Below are positions 16,564 to 26,139 of a stretch of DNA of 46,542 nt, in pieces. Numbering within the stretch: position 1 is the stretch's first letter; every line of letters begins with the position of its first letter. The notes under the pieces were generated by a model. That model was not told where the DNA came from, did no database searches, and saw nothing but the letters and a program-made list of their open reading frames with translations. Source of the DNA: Armatimonadota bacterium. Lineage in GTDB: Bacteria; Sysuimicrobiota; Sysuimicrobiia; Sysuimicrobiales; Segetimicrobiaceae. The position numbers and the translations under genes are program-made. The stretch covers positions 1-46,542 of the forward strand of contig JAPVSX010000026.1 in assembly GCA_047519495.1 (NCBI GenBank). Direction: 5' to 3'.

Positions 16564-17330
16564 GCCGCGGCGTCCAGGTAGAGGATACGGTGACACCGCT
16601 CGCACGTGACCACCCGGCCGATTCGGACGCGCGAGACAAACTCCGGCGGGACCGTATTGCGGCATCCTCCGCAGAAGTCGCCGAGGATCGCGACGATCCC
16701 CACCCCGCCCTCCTGCGCCGCGATGCCCTCGTACTTCCGAAGCAGCCGGGCCTCCACGCGGGCGGCGAGCGCCGTGCGCTGCGCGGCAAGCGCCGCAAGC
16801 TCGGCGTCGAGGCCGCTCTGCGCCGCCTCGAACGCGGCCAGGTGGGCGGCGAGCTGCTCCTCGAGCGTCCCGGCGGCGCCCCGGGCCCGGTCGGCCTCGC
16901 CGGTGAGCGTCTCGACCTGGTCGAGCAGGCCGAGGATCCGATCTTCCAGATGGTCGCAGGTCCGCGCGAGGGACGCGATCTCCTCCTGGAGGCTGGCCAG
17001 TTCTTTAGGATTGCTGATCCGGCCGCCGTACAGGTCCCCTTCCGCCTTCTTCTGTTTGTCCTCCGTGGTCCGCAGCTGCAGCTCGTGGTCGCGGAGCGCG
17101 GCCTGGGCGCGGTGCAGCCGCGCGGCCGCATCGGCGGCGGCGGCCTGCGCCGCCTCGACCTCGGCGCGCAGGCGGCTGCCGTCGTCAAGCGCGGCGAGCC
17201 GTCCACGGGCATCGGCCAACCGGAGGTCGACCTGCTGCACGGCCCAGATCCCCGCCAGGGCGGCGCGCTCCTCCGCGCCCGGCTCGTCGGCGGCCGGCGC
17301 GCCGGCGCTCCTCGCCCGCTCGTCGGTCAC
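16560..17330 (-). CDS. COG1579/DUF164 coiled-coil protein with a C4 zinc ribbon
   Basis: A long Ala/Leu/Glu/Arg coiled-coil is followed by CGGCRNTVPPE...CERCHRILY. Synteny of this family with RNase H and rnpB is familiar from Actinobacteria. It starts at a GTG inside a GTGA overlap. Confidence 0.85.
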   Translation of the reverse strand: MTDERARSAGAPAADEPGAEERAALAGIWAVQQVDLRLADARGRLAALDDGSRLRAEVEAAQAAAADAAARLHRAQAALRDHELQLRTTEDKQKKAEGDLYGGRISNPKELASLQEEIASLARTCDHLEDRILGLLDQVETLTGEADRARGAAGTLEEQLAAHLAAFEAAQSGLDAELAALAAQRTALAARVEARLLRKYEGIAAQEGGVGIVAILGDFCGGCRNTVPPEFVSRVRIGRVVTCERCHRILYLDAAA

Positions 17331-18553
17331 CGCAGGGCCCCCAGATAGATGCCGTGGCGCCCGTCGTCCGTTTCCGCGACGAACGCCACCTGCCCGCGAT
17401 CGTTGAGCACCGGCGTGCTGAACGCCGTAAAATGGCCGCCGGCGGGCGCCGGATCGCCCGCGCGACTCACGGGCCGCACGCCCGCGCGCGTCGTCACGTA
17501 GATCGCCCGGGGGATCGGGTTCGGGGTCCCGGGCTCGAACACGATCTCCTCCTCCGCGTTCATCGTCGCGTTCGTGAACGTCGTGAGGACGCCGCCCGCG
17601 ACGGCCTGTCCCTGGCGGGCCAGGGTCACGAGCGTGGCGCGGCCGGTGACGTAGAGCGCCTCCCGGGTCGTGCTGCGGGCCGTCCGGCCGACGAACCCGA
17701 CCGTGCCCGCATCGGAGAGCATCACGAATCCGAACTCGGTAAATGGTCCGCCGACGGGCGCCGTGTCATCGGTGGTGACCACCGGGACCGCCCGGCCGCC
17801 GGCCAGCACGTAGACCCCCTGCGTCGAGTGCGCGGTCGTGGATGCGACGAATGCGATCTGGCCGCGGTTGTTCTCGGCCGGCGTCCCGTCCAGGAAGAAC
17901 TCGAACGCCCCCCCGGTCGGCGCCGCCTGGCCGCCCATGACGGCCGCGGTCGTCGTCCCCTCGCTGGTCGTGAAGATCCCTTCCATCCCCGGCCCGGTCG
18001 TCCGGCCGACGTACGCCACAACGTCTTGAGCGTTGATCGTGGGGTTGGCGAAGTCGGTAAAGACGCCGCCCGTCGGCGCCGCCTGGCCGGCGGCGACGAT
18101 CGGCAGGATCCGGCCGCCGCGGGCGAGGTAGAGGCCCTCGGGGACGGCACTGTCGGTCGTACGTCCGAGAAAGACGAGGGTCCCGCGGTCGTTCAGCACC
18201 ACGTCGTTGAACGCGCGGAACACGCCCCCGGTCGGCGCAGGCTGTCCTGACGCGACGAGGGACCTCAGCCGGCCTTCGGCGAGCAGGTACAGGCCGGCGT
18301 GGGCCTGCGGGCTGGTCGTCAGCGCCCCGAAGACCAGATCGCCGTGGTTATTGATAGAAGGATCCGAGAACTCCGTGTAGGTCCCGCCACCCGGCGCGCG
18401 CTGGCCGGTCAGCAGGAGCGCCCGTATCGCCGGCGGCGAGACGCCGGCGGCGACGACCGGTGAGCCGCCGGGCCGTCCCATGGTGGCCGGAGCGGTCAGC
18501 ACGGCCACGGCTATGAGGAGACCGGGCGCGACCAGCCGGCGAAATCCGTCCAT
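17327..18553 (-). CDS. Secreted seven-repeat protein (NxxGxxAF-type tandem repeats, probable beta-propeller)
   Basis: It has an N-terminal signal peptide (LLIAVAVLTAPATMG). Seven units of about 48 aa follow, each with G(Q/D)xAPxGGxFxxF...N..G.vaFvg.T....GiY. Confidence 0.85.
   Translation of the reverse strand: MDGFRRLVAPGLLIAVAVLTAPATMGRPGGSPVVAAGVSPPAIRALLLTGQRAPGGGTYTEFSDPSINNHGDLVFGALTTSPQAHAGLYLLAEGRLRSLVASGQPAPTGGVFRAFNDVVLNDRGTLVFLGRTTDSAVPEGLYLARGGRILPIVAAGQAAPTGGVFTDFANPTINAQDVVAYVGRTTGPGMEGIFTTSEGTTTAAVMGGQAAPTGGAFEFFLDGTPAENNRGQIAFVASTTAHSTQGVYVLAGGRAVPVVTTDDTAPVGGPFTEFGFVMLSDAGTVGFVGRTARSTTREALYVTGRATLVTLARQGQAVAGGVLTTFTNATMNAEEEIVFEPGTPNPIPRAIYVTTRAGVRPVSRAGDPAPAGGHFTAFSTPVLNDRGQVAFVAETDDGRHGIYLGALR
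17339..18430 (-). repeat. Seven tandem intragenic repeats of about 144 nt (degenerate at the DNA level)
   Basis: The motifs GQRAPGGG, GQPAPTGG, GQAAPTGG (twice), DDTAPVGG, GQAVAGG and GDPAPAGG recur at roughly 48-residue spacing. Confidence 0.8.
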
Positions 18554-18659
18554 CGCCCTTCTATCCTAGCGGAGGGGACGGTACAGCACAACCTCCCTTT
18601 CCCGGGCGCCTCTGGGGCGCGCGCAGGCGTTACGCCGACCGGCGCGAAAGGAGAGGACC

Positions 18660-19553
18660 ATGCATCGCATCGTCGACAGCCATCTCCACCTGGTCACCGC
18701 ACCGATGTTCGGCCGCATCCGCGACCGCCTGGGCGCACTTCGCCCGGCGGTGCGGGATCGGATGACCGGCGGGGGGAGCCCGATCGCGAGACGCCTCCAG
18801 GCCCTGGAAGGGGTCACCCTGGCCCAACAGGCCCAGCGGTGGGCCGCCGCCTTTGACCGGGCGGGCGTGGCGGCGGGTTTCTTCATCGCGATCGGCGAGG
18901 GGAACGAGGAGCTCGCGGAGTTCGTCCGCCTCAACCCGTCGCGCTTTCAGGCCTGGGGCAGCGTCGCGGATCCGACGGCGGCCGGGGCGGCCTCGGTGGT
19001 GCGGGGGTTCCGGGCGTGGGGGCTTCGGGGGCTGAAGCTCTATCCGCCCACGCAGCGGTTCAGCGCGAGCGACCGCGCAGTGTACCCGCTGTACGAGGCC
19101 GCCGCCGAACAGGGGCTTGCGGTCCTCTTTCACTTCGGGATCACGATCGCGCCAATCTATGACCTCCGGTACGCCAACCCGCTAGACCTCTCCGCCGCCG
19201 CCAACGACTTCCCCGAGGTCACCTTCGTGATCGCCCACTGCGGGGCCGGGTTCCTGCGCGAGGCCCTCTTGCTCGCGTACCACACGGAGAACATCTGGGT
19301 GGACACCTCGGGTACGAACAACTGGCGAGAGTTCACCCCCGGCGCCCCCACGCTGGAGGCGGTGTTCCGCGACCTGGTGCGTACCTACGGACCGCGCCGG
19401 ATCATGTTTGGAACCGACTCCGGCGTCCCCGAGGAGTACCGGGTGGCGATCCTCAAAGAGCAGCGGGAAGTGTTCGACGGGCTTGAGCTCGGGGCGGACG
19501 ATCGCGCCGCGATCTTCGGCGGTAACGCCCTCCGGCTGTTCCGGCTCGAGTAG
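18660..19553 (+). CDS. Amidohydrolase-2 family metal-dependent hydrolase (TIM barrel)
   Basis: The metal-ligand pattern is DSHLHL at the N-terminus, then LKLYP, LFHFG, IAHCG and FGTDSG. AAAGGAGAGG lies before the ATG. Confidence 0.85.
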   Translation: MHRIVDSHLHLVTAPMFGRIRDRLGALRPAVRDRMTGGGSPIARRLQALEGVTLAQQAQRWAAAFDRAGVAAGFFIAIGEGNEELAEFVRLNPSRFQAWGSVADPTAAGAASVVRGFRAWGLRGLKLYPPTQRFSASDRAVYPLYEAAAEQGLAVLFHFGITIAPIYDLRYANPLDLSAAANDFPEVTFVIAHCGAGFLREALLLAYHTENIWVDTSGTNNWREFTPGAPTLEAVFRDLVRTYGPRRIMFGTDSGVPEEYRVAILKEQREVFDGLELGADDRAAIFGGNALRLFRLE

Positions 19554-19580
19554 ACCGGCGCCGCGCCCATAAACGGAGAA

Positions 19581-19599
19581 GCCGGGGACCGTCCCCGGC
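19581..19599 (+). terminator. Possible terminator hairpin after the amidohydrolase gene
   Basis: GCCGGGGA ccg TCCCCGGC forms an 8-bp stem 28 nt after the stop codon. The downstream tract (CTCTCCGCGTTGCT) is only weakly U-rich. Confidence 0.35.
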
Positions 19600-19861
19600 C
19601 TCTCCGCGTTGCTGGGGGGGAGGGCGATGCCTTGTGGGCAGGTCCTCCGCTATCATCATGCCCAACTCGCCCGCTATTCTGACACCAGCAACCGGCGGAC
19701 CGGCGGTCTCCCGCCCGCCGCCTCGGGGTCAGGCGACGGAGTGCATCGATAGGCCCTTAGGCCGATGCGGGATTCCCAAGGATGATATCTAATACGATGC
19801 TGGCGTAGGCGCCAGATCGGTGCCCTTGGGTGCTCTTGGGCACAGAGGGGTGAATCCGCAC

Positions 19862-20665
19862 ATGAAGCGACGCTCGAGAGAGCCGCACCACCGGAGGCGT
19901 CCCCTTCGTGCTTTACTGATCGGGAGCCTGTTGTGCGTGGCGGCGATGGTCGCCCAGGGGCGCGGCGCCGCTCAGGACTCTCCATCCAAGAGCGTCTTCG
20001 AGCTCGTGGTCATGAAGCATGTGGTGCAGGGATACGGGACGGGCTATGAGAGCGTCGCCGCCGGGACGGCGTTCTTCATCGCCCCTGACGGAACAGCCCT
20101 CACCAGCAGTCATATCGTGGGGCCGCTCCAGCAGGACCGTGTGACCTACCGGCTACTGGCGATTGTCGGGAACGAATTCTACAGCGCGCGGCTCATCTGT
20201 GCGAGTCCGCTGCCCGCGGAGACCGCGGGACGAACCGTCCTCAGCCGTGACGTCGCGGAGATTCGGCTGGTCCCGTCAGAGTTCGGCGTTGATCAGTTCT
20301 CCTATCGTGGCGTTGTGCTGGCGCGGCCGCATCGGGGCCCCTTGCCGACCTTCCCGGCCCTGGCCCTGGCAGCGGTCCCCGCCATCGGAGATGCGGTGCG
20401 CGTGCTGGGATTCGGACGCCGGAATGCAGCGATCCTTCCGTCCGAGTGGTCGGCGGCCGGCGCGGTGGATCGCCTCTGGAACGCCTCGGATGGGACGCCG
20501 GTGTTCAGCATCAAGTTCGCCCGCGAGGCGGAGCCTGGGCACAGTGGGTCCCCGGTGCTCAATGCGCGGGACCAGGTCGTGGGCGTCTTCACCTGGTTCG
20601 AGGCATCCGATCATACAGTTGGCCTCGCCATCAGCCGCGCCGCGCTGGATCCAGCCTGCCCCTGA
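19862..20665 (+). CDS. Secreted trypsin-like (S1 family) serine protease
   Basis: It has the signal peptide [31 protein letters not shown]. The catalytic triad contexts are [14 protein letters not shown] and GHSGSPV. Confidence 0.8.
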   Translation: MKRRSREPHHRRRPLRALLIGSLLCVAAMVAQGRGAAQDSPSKSVFELVVMKHVVQGYGTGYESVAAGTAFFIAPDGTALTSSHIVGPLQQDRVTYRLLAIVGNEFYSARLICASPLPAETAGRTVLSRDVAEIRLVPSEFGVDQFSYRGVVLARPHRGPLPTFPALALAAVPAIGDAVRVLGFGRRNAAILPSEWSAAGAVDRLWNASDGTPVFSIKFAREAEPGHSGSPVLNARDQVVGVFTWFEASDHTVGLAISRAALDPACP

Positions 20666-20803
20666 CCGGCAACCCGCCGCGGCGAGGCCGGACGTGTTCC
20701 TGGACGGCCGGCGATTCGCGTCCGTGGCCGGGGCAGGGCGCTGTCGCCCGGGGGCCGTTCTGACCGGCATGTCCCTCCAGGTCACGACCCTGGCGTTCCC
20801 GCT

Positions 20804-21499
20804 CTACATCCGGACCGGCGGGCCGGCGCGCCGCAGTCCGGACCTGGATGCGAGCAGCGCCGCTTCAGTCCGGTGGTTGACCTCGAGCTTGGAGAGGATG
20901 CTGCTGACGTGGTGCTTGACGGTCTTCTCGGCGATGGAGAGGCGGCCGGCGATAGCCTGGTTGCGCAGGCCCTCGGCGAGGAGTTCCAGGACTTCCCGTT
21001 CCCGCCCCGTCAGTTCGGCGAAGCGCTGCGCCTGCTGGCCGGCCGGCTCCGACAGCCGGGCGAACTCCTGCATGACCCGGCCGACCAGCCCGGCGTCCAG
21101 GATCCCTTCGCCATTGTGAACCGCCCGGATGGCACCGAGAATCTCCTCCGGGCTGGCATCTTTGAGCAAGTACCCTCTGGCTCCGGCCTGCAGCGCGCGA
21201 AACACCCGCTCGTCGTCGGAGTAGATGGTGAGGATGACGACTTTGACGTCCGGACACCGTTCGGCGAGCCTGCGGGTCGCCGCGATGCCGTCATGCCGGG
21301 GCATGCCGATGTCCATCAACACGACCTCCGCCTGCCTCTGGGAGGCCAGTTCGACGGCCTCGTGGCCGTCCGCGACCTCCCCCACGATCTCGAGGTCGGC
21401 GGCCATCGCGAGGAGCTGGGTGAGCGCATGCCGCAAGACGCTCTCGTCCTCGGCCACGAGCAGGCGGATCTTCCGGGGAGGCGCCTGATCGGAGGTCAC
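20804..21499 (-). CDS. LuxR/NarL-family response regulator
   Basis: The receiver domain ([16 protein letters not shown]) is followed by the LuxR helix-turn-helix [40 protein letters not shown]. It starts at a GTG in a GTGA overlap with the kinase gene. Confidence 0.95.
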   Translation of the reverse strand: MTSDQAPPRKIRLLVAEDESVLRHALTQLLAMAADLEIVGEVADGHEAVELASQRQAEVVLMDIGMPRHDGIAATRRLAERCPDVKVVILTIYSDDERVFRALQAGARGYLLKDASPEEILGAIRAVHNGEGILDAGLVGRVMQEFARLSEPAGQQAQRFAELTGREREVLELLAEGLRNQAIAGRLSIAEKTVKHHVSSILSKLEVNHRTEAALLASRSGLRRAGPPVRM

Positions 21500-22668
21500 G
21501 GCACAGGCTCCCGCGCGCGTGGTCTCGCCAGCCGGGGCAGTGTGAGCGTCACGCGTGTGCCTCCGCCGGGCCTGGCGGAGACGTCCAGCGTGCCCCCAAG
21601 CTCCATCGCCCGTTCACGCATGTGCCGAAGACCGAAGCCCGCACGCGGGGGCCCGCCGGCAGAGCCCAGTCCCGCCCCGTCGTCTTCGATGCTGCAGGTC
21701 AGGAAGGTGCCGGAGTCGGCGAGGGTCACCGTCACGCGGCCGGCGCGTGCGTGCCGGGCGACGTTCGTGAGCGCTTCCTGGAGGATCCGCCTGAACGCGA
21801 ACTCGGATGCGGGCGAGAGCGGGATCTCGGGCTCCCGGCTGCGGACCTCGGTGCTGATCTGCGTGCGCGCGGCGAGCGCGGCGAGATACTGCCGTGCGGC
21901 AGCCACCGCATCCCCCGCTGACGGTCCCGGCGGCTCAAGCCCGAGGACCAGGAGGCGGATCTCGTCCAGGCCCTGTCGGAGGAGCCGCTTGACGTCCGGG
22001 AGGAGGGCGCCGGCGCGCTGTGGGTCCGCGGGCAGCAGGCGCTCCGCCAGTTCCAGCGACTGCGTCCCTGCGGCCAGAATGTGCCCCACACCGTCGTGGA
22101 TCTCGCGCGCGAGCCGGCGGCGCTCATCTTCCAAGATGAGTTGCTCACGCAGATAGGCGAGTTCCCGTCCGTGCGCCGCCTCTCGGGACGCCGCCCAGGC
22201 AGCCCCTACGCCGGCGAGCAGCACGAAGAAGAGGCGGTAGACAGCGACCCACATCGCGTCGAACGACGTGGGCCAGGCCGCGAGCAAATAGCCGAGGGTG
22301 ACCCAGGTGCTCAGCGACGCCGCGAACCAGAGGTCGAGCGTCAAGACCCCTTCGGCGAGGACAAAGAAATAGGCCAGGTAAAAGTCCGAGCTCTGGCCGC
22401 CGAGAAGCCGGACCGTTGCGCTGACCAGGGCGGCATCGATAAAGATAAAGCCATATTCGGCCCAGGCAGGGACCTCCCCACGCAGCACGATCCCGGTCCG
22501 GACGAGGAGGTATAGCCCCGCGGCGGCCGCCCAGCGATAGAGATACCCAGGCCAGGGGCCAAGCAGCATCCGCCAGAGCGCCAGGAACCCCATGAGCACC
22601 CAGGCGAGCAGGATGACCGCCCGCTGCCGGTGCGTCCAGATTCCCACGGGCCGCGCGTCGGCCGGCAT
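21496..22668 (-). CDS. HisKA_3-type sensor histidine kinase (multi-TM N-terminus)
   Basis: It has the H-box REIHDGVGH, the HATPase region DDGAGLG...GFGLRHMRERA, and 5-6 N-terminal TM segments. Confidence 0.9.
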   Translation of the reverse strand: MPADARPVGIWTHRQRAVILLAWVLMGFLALWRMLLGPWPGYLYRWAAAAGLYLLVRTGIVLRGEVPAWAEYGFIFIDAALVSATVRLLGGQSSDFYLAYFFVLAEGVLTLDLWFAASLSTWVTLGYLLAAWPTSFDAMWVAVYRLFFVLLAGVGAAWAASREAAHGRELAYLREQLILEDERRRLAREIHDGVGHILAAGTQSLELAERLLPADPQRAGALLPDVKRLLRQGLDEIRLLVLGLEPPGPSAGDAVAAARQYLAALAARTQISTEVRSREPEIPLSPASEFAFRRILQEALTNVARHARAGRVTVTLADSGTFLTCSIEDDGAGLGSAGGPPRAGFGLRHMRERAMELGGTLDVSARPGGGTRVTLTLPRLARPRAREPVP

Positions 22669-22810
22669 CGGAGCGCCATTCGACGCCCGGGCGGCCTCTT
22701 CCCTTGACGGCGGCCGAATTCCGTCAGTCGAATGAAAGTCTCGATAAGGTCTTAAGAGGCCCTCCCGAGGCTATGGCGGCCTTAAGACACGCACAAGAGC
22801 GGACCTGACA

Positions 22811-22897
22811 GGTGCCCCCACGCGCAAGAACGAGGGCCGGAATGATGACCTCGTCTTCAGCCACAACGTAGTGCTCCGCCCACACGTACCACCTCGC
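22811..22897 (-). pseudogene. Relic of the 3' end of a RelE/ParE-family toxin gene
   Basis: This frame reads ...RWYVWAEHYVVAEDEVIIPALVLARGGT. The intact toxin at 43809-44051 reads ...RYFVIENYCLSYVVAEDTVIILALFPARKGT. In a hand alignment, 51 of 64 ungapped nucleotides are identical (22810-22873 against 43811-43874). The stop codon is mutated, and everything upstream is replaced by the decarboxylase gene. Confidence 0.55.
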
Positions 22898-24326
22898 GGA
22901 CAAGAATGTCGAAATCCTCCCGTCGACTGCGATGATTCGTGATCGCGACACGCAACGCGTACTTGCCCGCAATCGTTGTGTACGAAGGGACAGCGATCCC
23001 ACTTTCGTGTAATTGCATCAGAAGTTCCTGGTTCAATTCATTTAAGGCGGCATCGTCCCAGCCGTCGGCGATGAATCGGAAACAGACGATATTCAAAGGC
23101 ACGGGAGCGAGCAGTTGTAGATGCGGCGCAGCGTCCACCAGGCCGGCGAGATAGTGGGCCTGATCGACATTTTGCTGAATCAACCGTCCGTATTTCTCAG
23201 CACCGTGTTCTTTCAGCGACATCCAGACCTTGAGCGCTCGGAACCCACGTGAGAGTTCCACCCCATAATCGCTGAACCAGACCGAGCCGGCTGCCAGGCC
23301 ACGCTCAGCATGTGAGAGGTACGCAGGCGTCAACGAAAATGCGCGGCGGTGGTCCTGCTCTCGTCGCACCAGCACACAGCCCACCTCATACGGGATATAC
23401 ATCCACTTATGCAAGTCGAAGGCGAGTGAATCCGCCCGCTCCATGCCCTTCAGCAACCGGCGCAGTCCGGGAGACAACATCGCGAGTGCGCCAAAGGCGC
23501 CGTCGACATGGAACCACAGCCTTTCTCGCTGGCAGATATCTGCCAGCGTGTCCAGGTCGTCAATTGAGCCGGTATTTACAGCCCCGGCATTGCCGACAAC
23601 GCAGAATGGCTGACAGCCCGCCTCTCGATCCTTTGCGATGGCAGTCTCCAAGGCTCCAATGTCGATCTGAAAGTCGGCGTTAACGGGGATGTGACGGAGC
23701 GCGTCGCTGCCCAGCCCCAATAATTCAACCGCCTTTTGAATTGAGCTATGCATCTCCCCCGAGCCGTAGAGGATCATTTTCCTCGCTGAGGCTTGCAATC
23801 CGAGCTTCCGCAGATCGAATCCGGCTTGCGTATTGCGCGCGACAGTCAAGCCAATCAAGTTGGCCATCGATCCGCCGCTGACCAGCAAGCCGCTGGCCTC
23901 GGCTGGGTAGGCGAGCATTTCTTTACACCACTCAAGGACCTGGAGCTCCACAAGATTGGCTACGTGATCCCCTCCCCCGACGTTTGGATTCATGCCCGCG
24001 GCCAGCATCTCTGCCAGCATGCCGAGGGAGGTCCCGGTTCCAATCACCCACCCCCAAAAACGCGGGTGAATGTTTCCCATAGGGTGCGGAAGCACATGCT
24101 GAACAAAGTCCTCGTAGGCGCGTTCCGGTCCCTCCGGATCGATCGGCACGGGCCGTGTGAAGTGCGTTTTCACTCCGGCCGGGATCGGCTGCCACACGGG
24201 GCGCTCTCGGACAGTTTCTAGGTAGGTGATCATGTCTTCCACCATTCGATGACCCAGCTTCCGCATCACCTGCCAATCTTCCGGATCAAGCGATTCATCC
24301 GTAGTGACCGGCCGCATCAAATCCAT
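22857..24326 (-). CDS. Group II pyridoxal-phosphate-dependent decarboxylase (aromatic-amino-acid/tyrosine decarboxylase-like)
   Basis: It carries SGGSMANLIGLT, the PLP-lysine context FDLHKWMYIPYEVG, and the C-terminal ALRVAITNHRSRREDFD. GAGGAG lies 8 nt before the ATG. G+C and codon usage are visibly lower than in the flanking genes. Confidence 0.9.
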   Translation of the reverse strand: MDLMRPVTTDESLDPEDWQVMRKLGHRMVEDMITYLETVRERPVWQPIPAGVKTHFTRPVPIDPEGPERAYEDFVQHVLPHPMGNIHPRFWGWVIGTGTSLGMLAEMLAAGMNPNVGGGDHVANLVELQVLEWCKEMLAYPAEASGLLVSGGSMANLIGLTVARNTQAGFDLRKLGLQASARKMILYGSGEMHSSIQKAVELLGLGSDALRHIPVNADFQIDIGALETAIAKDREAGCQPFCVVGNAGAVNTGSIDDLDTLADICQRERLWFHVDGAFGALAMLSPGLRRLLKGMERADSLAFDLHKWMYIPYEVGCVLVRREQDHRRAFSLTPAYLSHAERGLAAGSVWFSDYGVELSRGFRALKVWMSLKEHGAEKYGRLIQQNVDQAHYLAGLVDAAPHLQLLAPVPLNIVCFRFIADGWDDAALNELNQELLMQLHESGIAVPSYTTIAGKYALRVAITNHRSRREDFDILVREVVRVGGALRCG

Positions 24327-24425
24327 GACTCGCTCTCCTCATAAAGCGCATGTTCGGCCAACCTTCGGGTGGTATGAATGGACAATGGCGGCTCCAAGTC
24401 GTCGCCCGGCCCCGTCAGAGCGCGC

Positions 24426-26102
24426 TCAGCCCAACCGAGTGAGGCAGGCCTCCACGGAGGCGCAGGCGCGCTGGAGCGCGCCGGTCACCACGTTCCGGCC
24501 TCGCACCAGGTCCACGAGGAGGAACCGGGCCTCGTCGCTCTCGGGTGAAAGGCCGGCGAGGCGCCGGGCACCCTGCAGCTGCGGGAGGAACTCCACCTCG
24601 AGCGCGGGATCGTGCGCGTACGGTCCGGCGGCGGTGTACGTGGCCGGGATCAGCGCCCGGCCCACTTCCTGCAGGCAGGCGTTGATCCGCGCGGCGCGCG
24701 CTCCCCCGGTGACCTCGGCCGCGATCCGGTTGAGGCGCCCGCACAGATCCTCGAGGCAGGCTGCGCCAGCGAGCGCCGGTGAGAGGTCGAGCGCCGGGCC
24801 GGACGCCCGGGCGAGTTCCTCGAGATTCTTCCGGAGGTCCACCGCGGCCGCGTGGTAGTCGAGCGGCAGCACCGGATCGGTGAGCAGCCGCCAGAGGGCG
24901 AGCACGAAGATCCTGGCGTCCCGCACCAGGCGCGCCGGATCGATCTTGTCGAGCGTGTCGTGGGGTGTGTGCCACCACCAGCCCAGACTCCCGTCCGTCT
25001 GCCGCGACACGGAGCCGAGGATCGACGGGATGCCCACCCCCCAGAAGGACTGGTCGGAGTTGCGCCCGACCCGCTTGGCGTCGAGCCGGGCCCCGGCCAC
25101 CTGCTGGACCGCCCATGTGCCGAGCTCCACGGTTTGGGGCATCGAGTTGGTGCTGAAATCGTCGGCGTCGATCGCGCCCACGGAGTCGATGTTGACGTGG
25201 ACGAGGCACCGCTCCGTGAGTTCGAACCAATGGTTGTCGGCGTACCAGGCCGACGAGGAATAGCGACCGTGCGAGTGCCCGGACCAGAAGGCGAGGCGGA
25301 GGCCGCGCCGGAGCTGGTTGCGGTGCGGGGCCAGGACCCGGGCAACCTCGAGCATCGCGGCGTTCGCGCTCCCGTTGTCCATCGCGCCCACGTACCAGGA
25401 GTCCAGGTGGCCCGAGAAGAGCACGAACTTCCCCGCCTCGGCCTCGGGGTGCCCCGGCGCGAGATCGGCCAGGACGATCGGCGTTTTGGTCCACCCGGTC
25501 GTCACCTGCGCCGTAAAGTGGATCTCGACCCGCCCCGCCGAGCACAGATCGCGCAGCGCCTCCCCGTCCGCCTTGTGCACCGAGAGCAGGTGGACGCGCG
25601 GCAGCTCGGCGGCGGTGCGCTGCGATGGGTTCCCCCAGAGGGGCGAGCAGCACATCTCGGAGGCGTGCTTTCCGCTGATGCAGACGAGGCCCCGGGCCCC
25701 CGTGCGGGTCGCGTTGACCGCGAGTTGCGGAGTCGCCCGCCCCTCCACGAGCGCGACCTTCCCGGCGGCGCCGGCGCGGGTCAGGTCCTCGGGCCTGCCC
25801 TTCCCGGCAGAGACGAGTTCCGCGGTGACGCCGCCCGCGTCTGTGGGGATCCCCATCGAGTGCGTGATGCAGAAGATCTCCTGAGCCGTAGGGTGCGTGA
25901 CCCGCAGCGTCGCCGCGCCGGGGAGGCTGATGTACGCGTCGTGCACGAGGCTCCGGGTCGTGTACCCGGACTTTCTGAGTTGCTCCTCGACGTACGCCGC
26001 GGCCGCGCGCTCGTCGGCGCTGCCCGAGAGACGCGCCCACTGGGCAATCGTGCGGTTGAACCCGACGAGATGCGACTGGGAAACCGCGTCCAGGTCGATC
26101 AC
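24426..26102 (-). CDS. PA-domain M28B-like (glutamate carboxypeptidase II / transferrin-receptor-like) protein, no signal peptide
   Basis: It has a PA domain (GKVALVEGRATP...GARGLVCIS). The M28 motifs are GHLDSWYVGAMDNGSA, NIDSVG and WWHTPHDTLD, and a helical C-terminal domain follows. At the position of the canonical EE pair the sequence reads FWSGHSHGRYSSSAWY. Confidence 0.8.
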   Translation of the reverse strand: MIDLDAVSQSHLVGFNRTIAQWARLSGSADERAAAAYVEEQLRKSGYTTRSLVHDAYISLPGAATLRVTHPTAQEIFCITHSMGIPTDAGGVTAELVSAGKGRPEDLTRAGAAGKVALVEGRATPQLAVNATRTGARGLVCISGKHASEMCCSPLWGNPSQRTAAELPRVHLLSVHKADGEALRDLCSAGRVEIHFTAQVTTGWTKTPIVLADLAPGHPEAEAGKFVLFSGHLDSWYVGAMDNGSANAAMLEVARVLAPHRNQLRRGLRLAFWSGHSHGRYSSSAWYADNHWFELTERCLVHVNIDSVGAIDADDFSTNSMPQTVELGTWAVQQVAGARLDAKRVGRNSDQSFWGVGIPSILGSVSRQTDGSLGWWWHTPHDTLDKIDPARLVRDARIFVLALWRLLTDPVLPLDYHAAAVDLRKNLEELARASGPALDLSPALAGAACLEDLCGRLNRIAAEVTGGARAARINACLQEVGRALIPATYTAAGPYAHDPALEVEFLPQLQGARRLAGLSPESDEARFLLVDLVRGRNVVTGALQRACASVEACLTRLG

Positions 26103-26139
26103 GAAGATCGCCTCCTTACCAGGATTGTGCCGGTGGCGC

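Noticed and set aside
19553-19861. The 300-nt intergenic region before the protease gene as a riboswitch or small RNA (short hairpins CTGGCGtaggCGCCAG and GTGCCC...GGGCAC).
   Set aside because: I could not match it to any riboswitch consensus I know (for example c-di-GMP-I/II, SAM, TPP or glycine). The hairpins are short, and no promoter/terminator pair defines a discrete transcript.
22749-22788. The hairpin GTCTTAAGAGGCC...GGCCTTAAGAC downstream of the decarboxylase gene as an intrinsic terminator.
   Set aside because: The stem has a bulge and a 16-nt loop, and on the minus strand it is not followed by a U-tract. It may still be a structural element, but the evidence is too weak to call.
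22724-23002. The 92-aa ORF as an intact RelE/ParE toxin gene.
   Set aside because: Only the last 29 or so codons resemble the toxin at 43809-44051. The rest overlaps the well-conserved C-terminus of the decarboxylase in another frame. The native stop is mutated and no antitoxin gene precedes it. I called it a relic instead.
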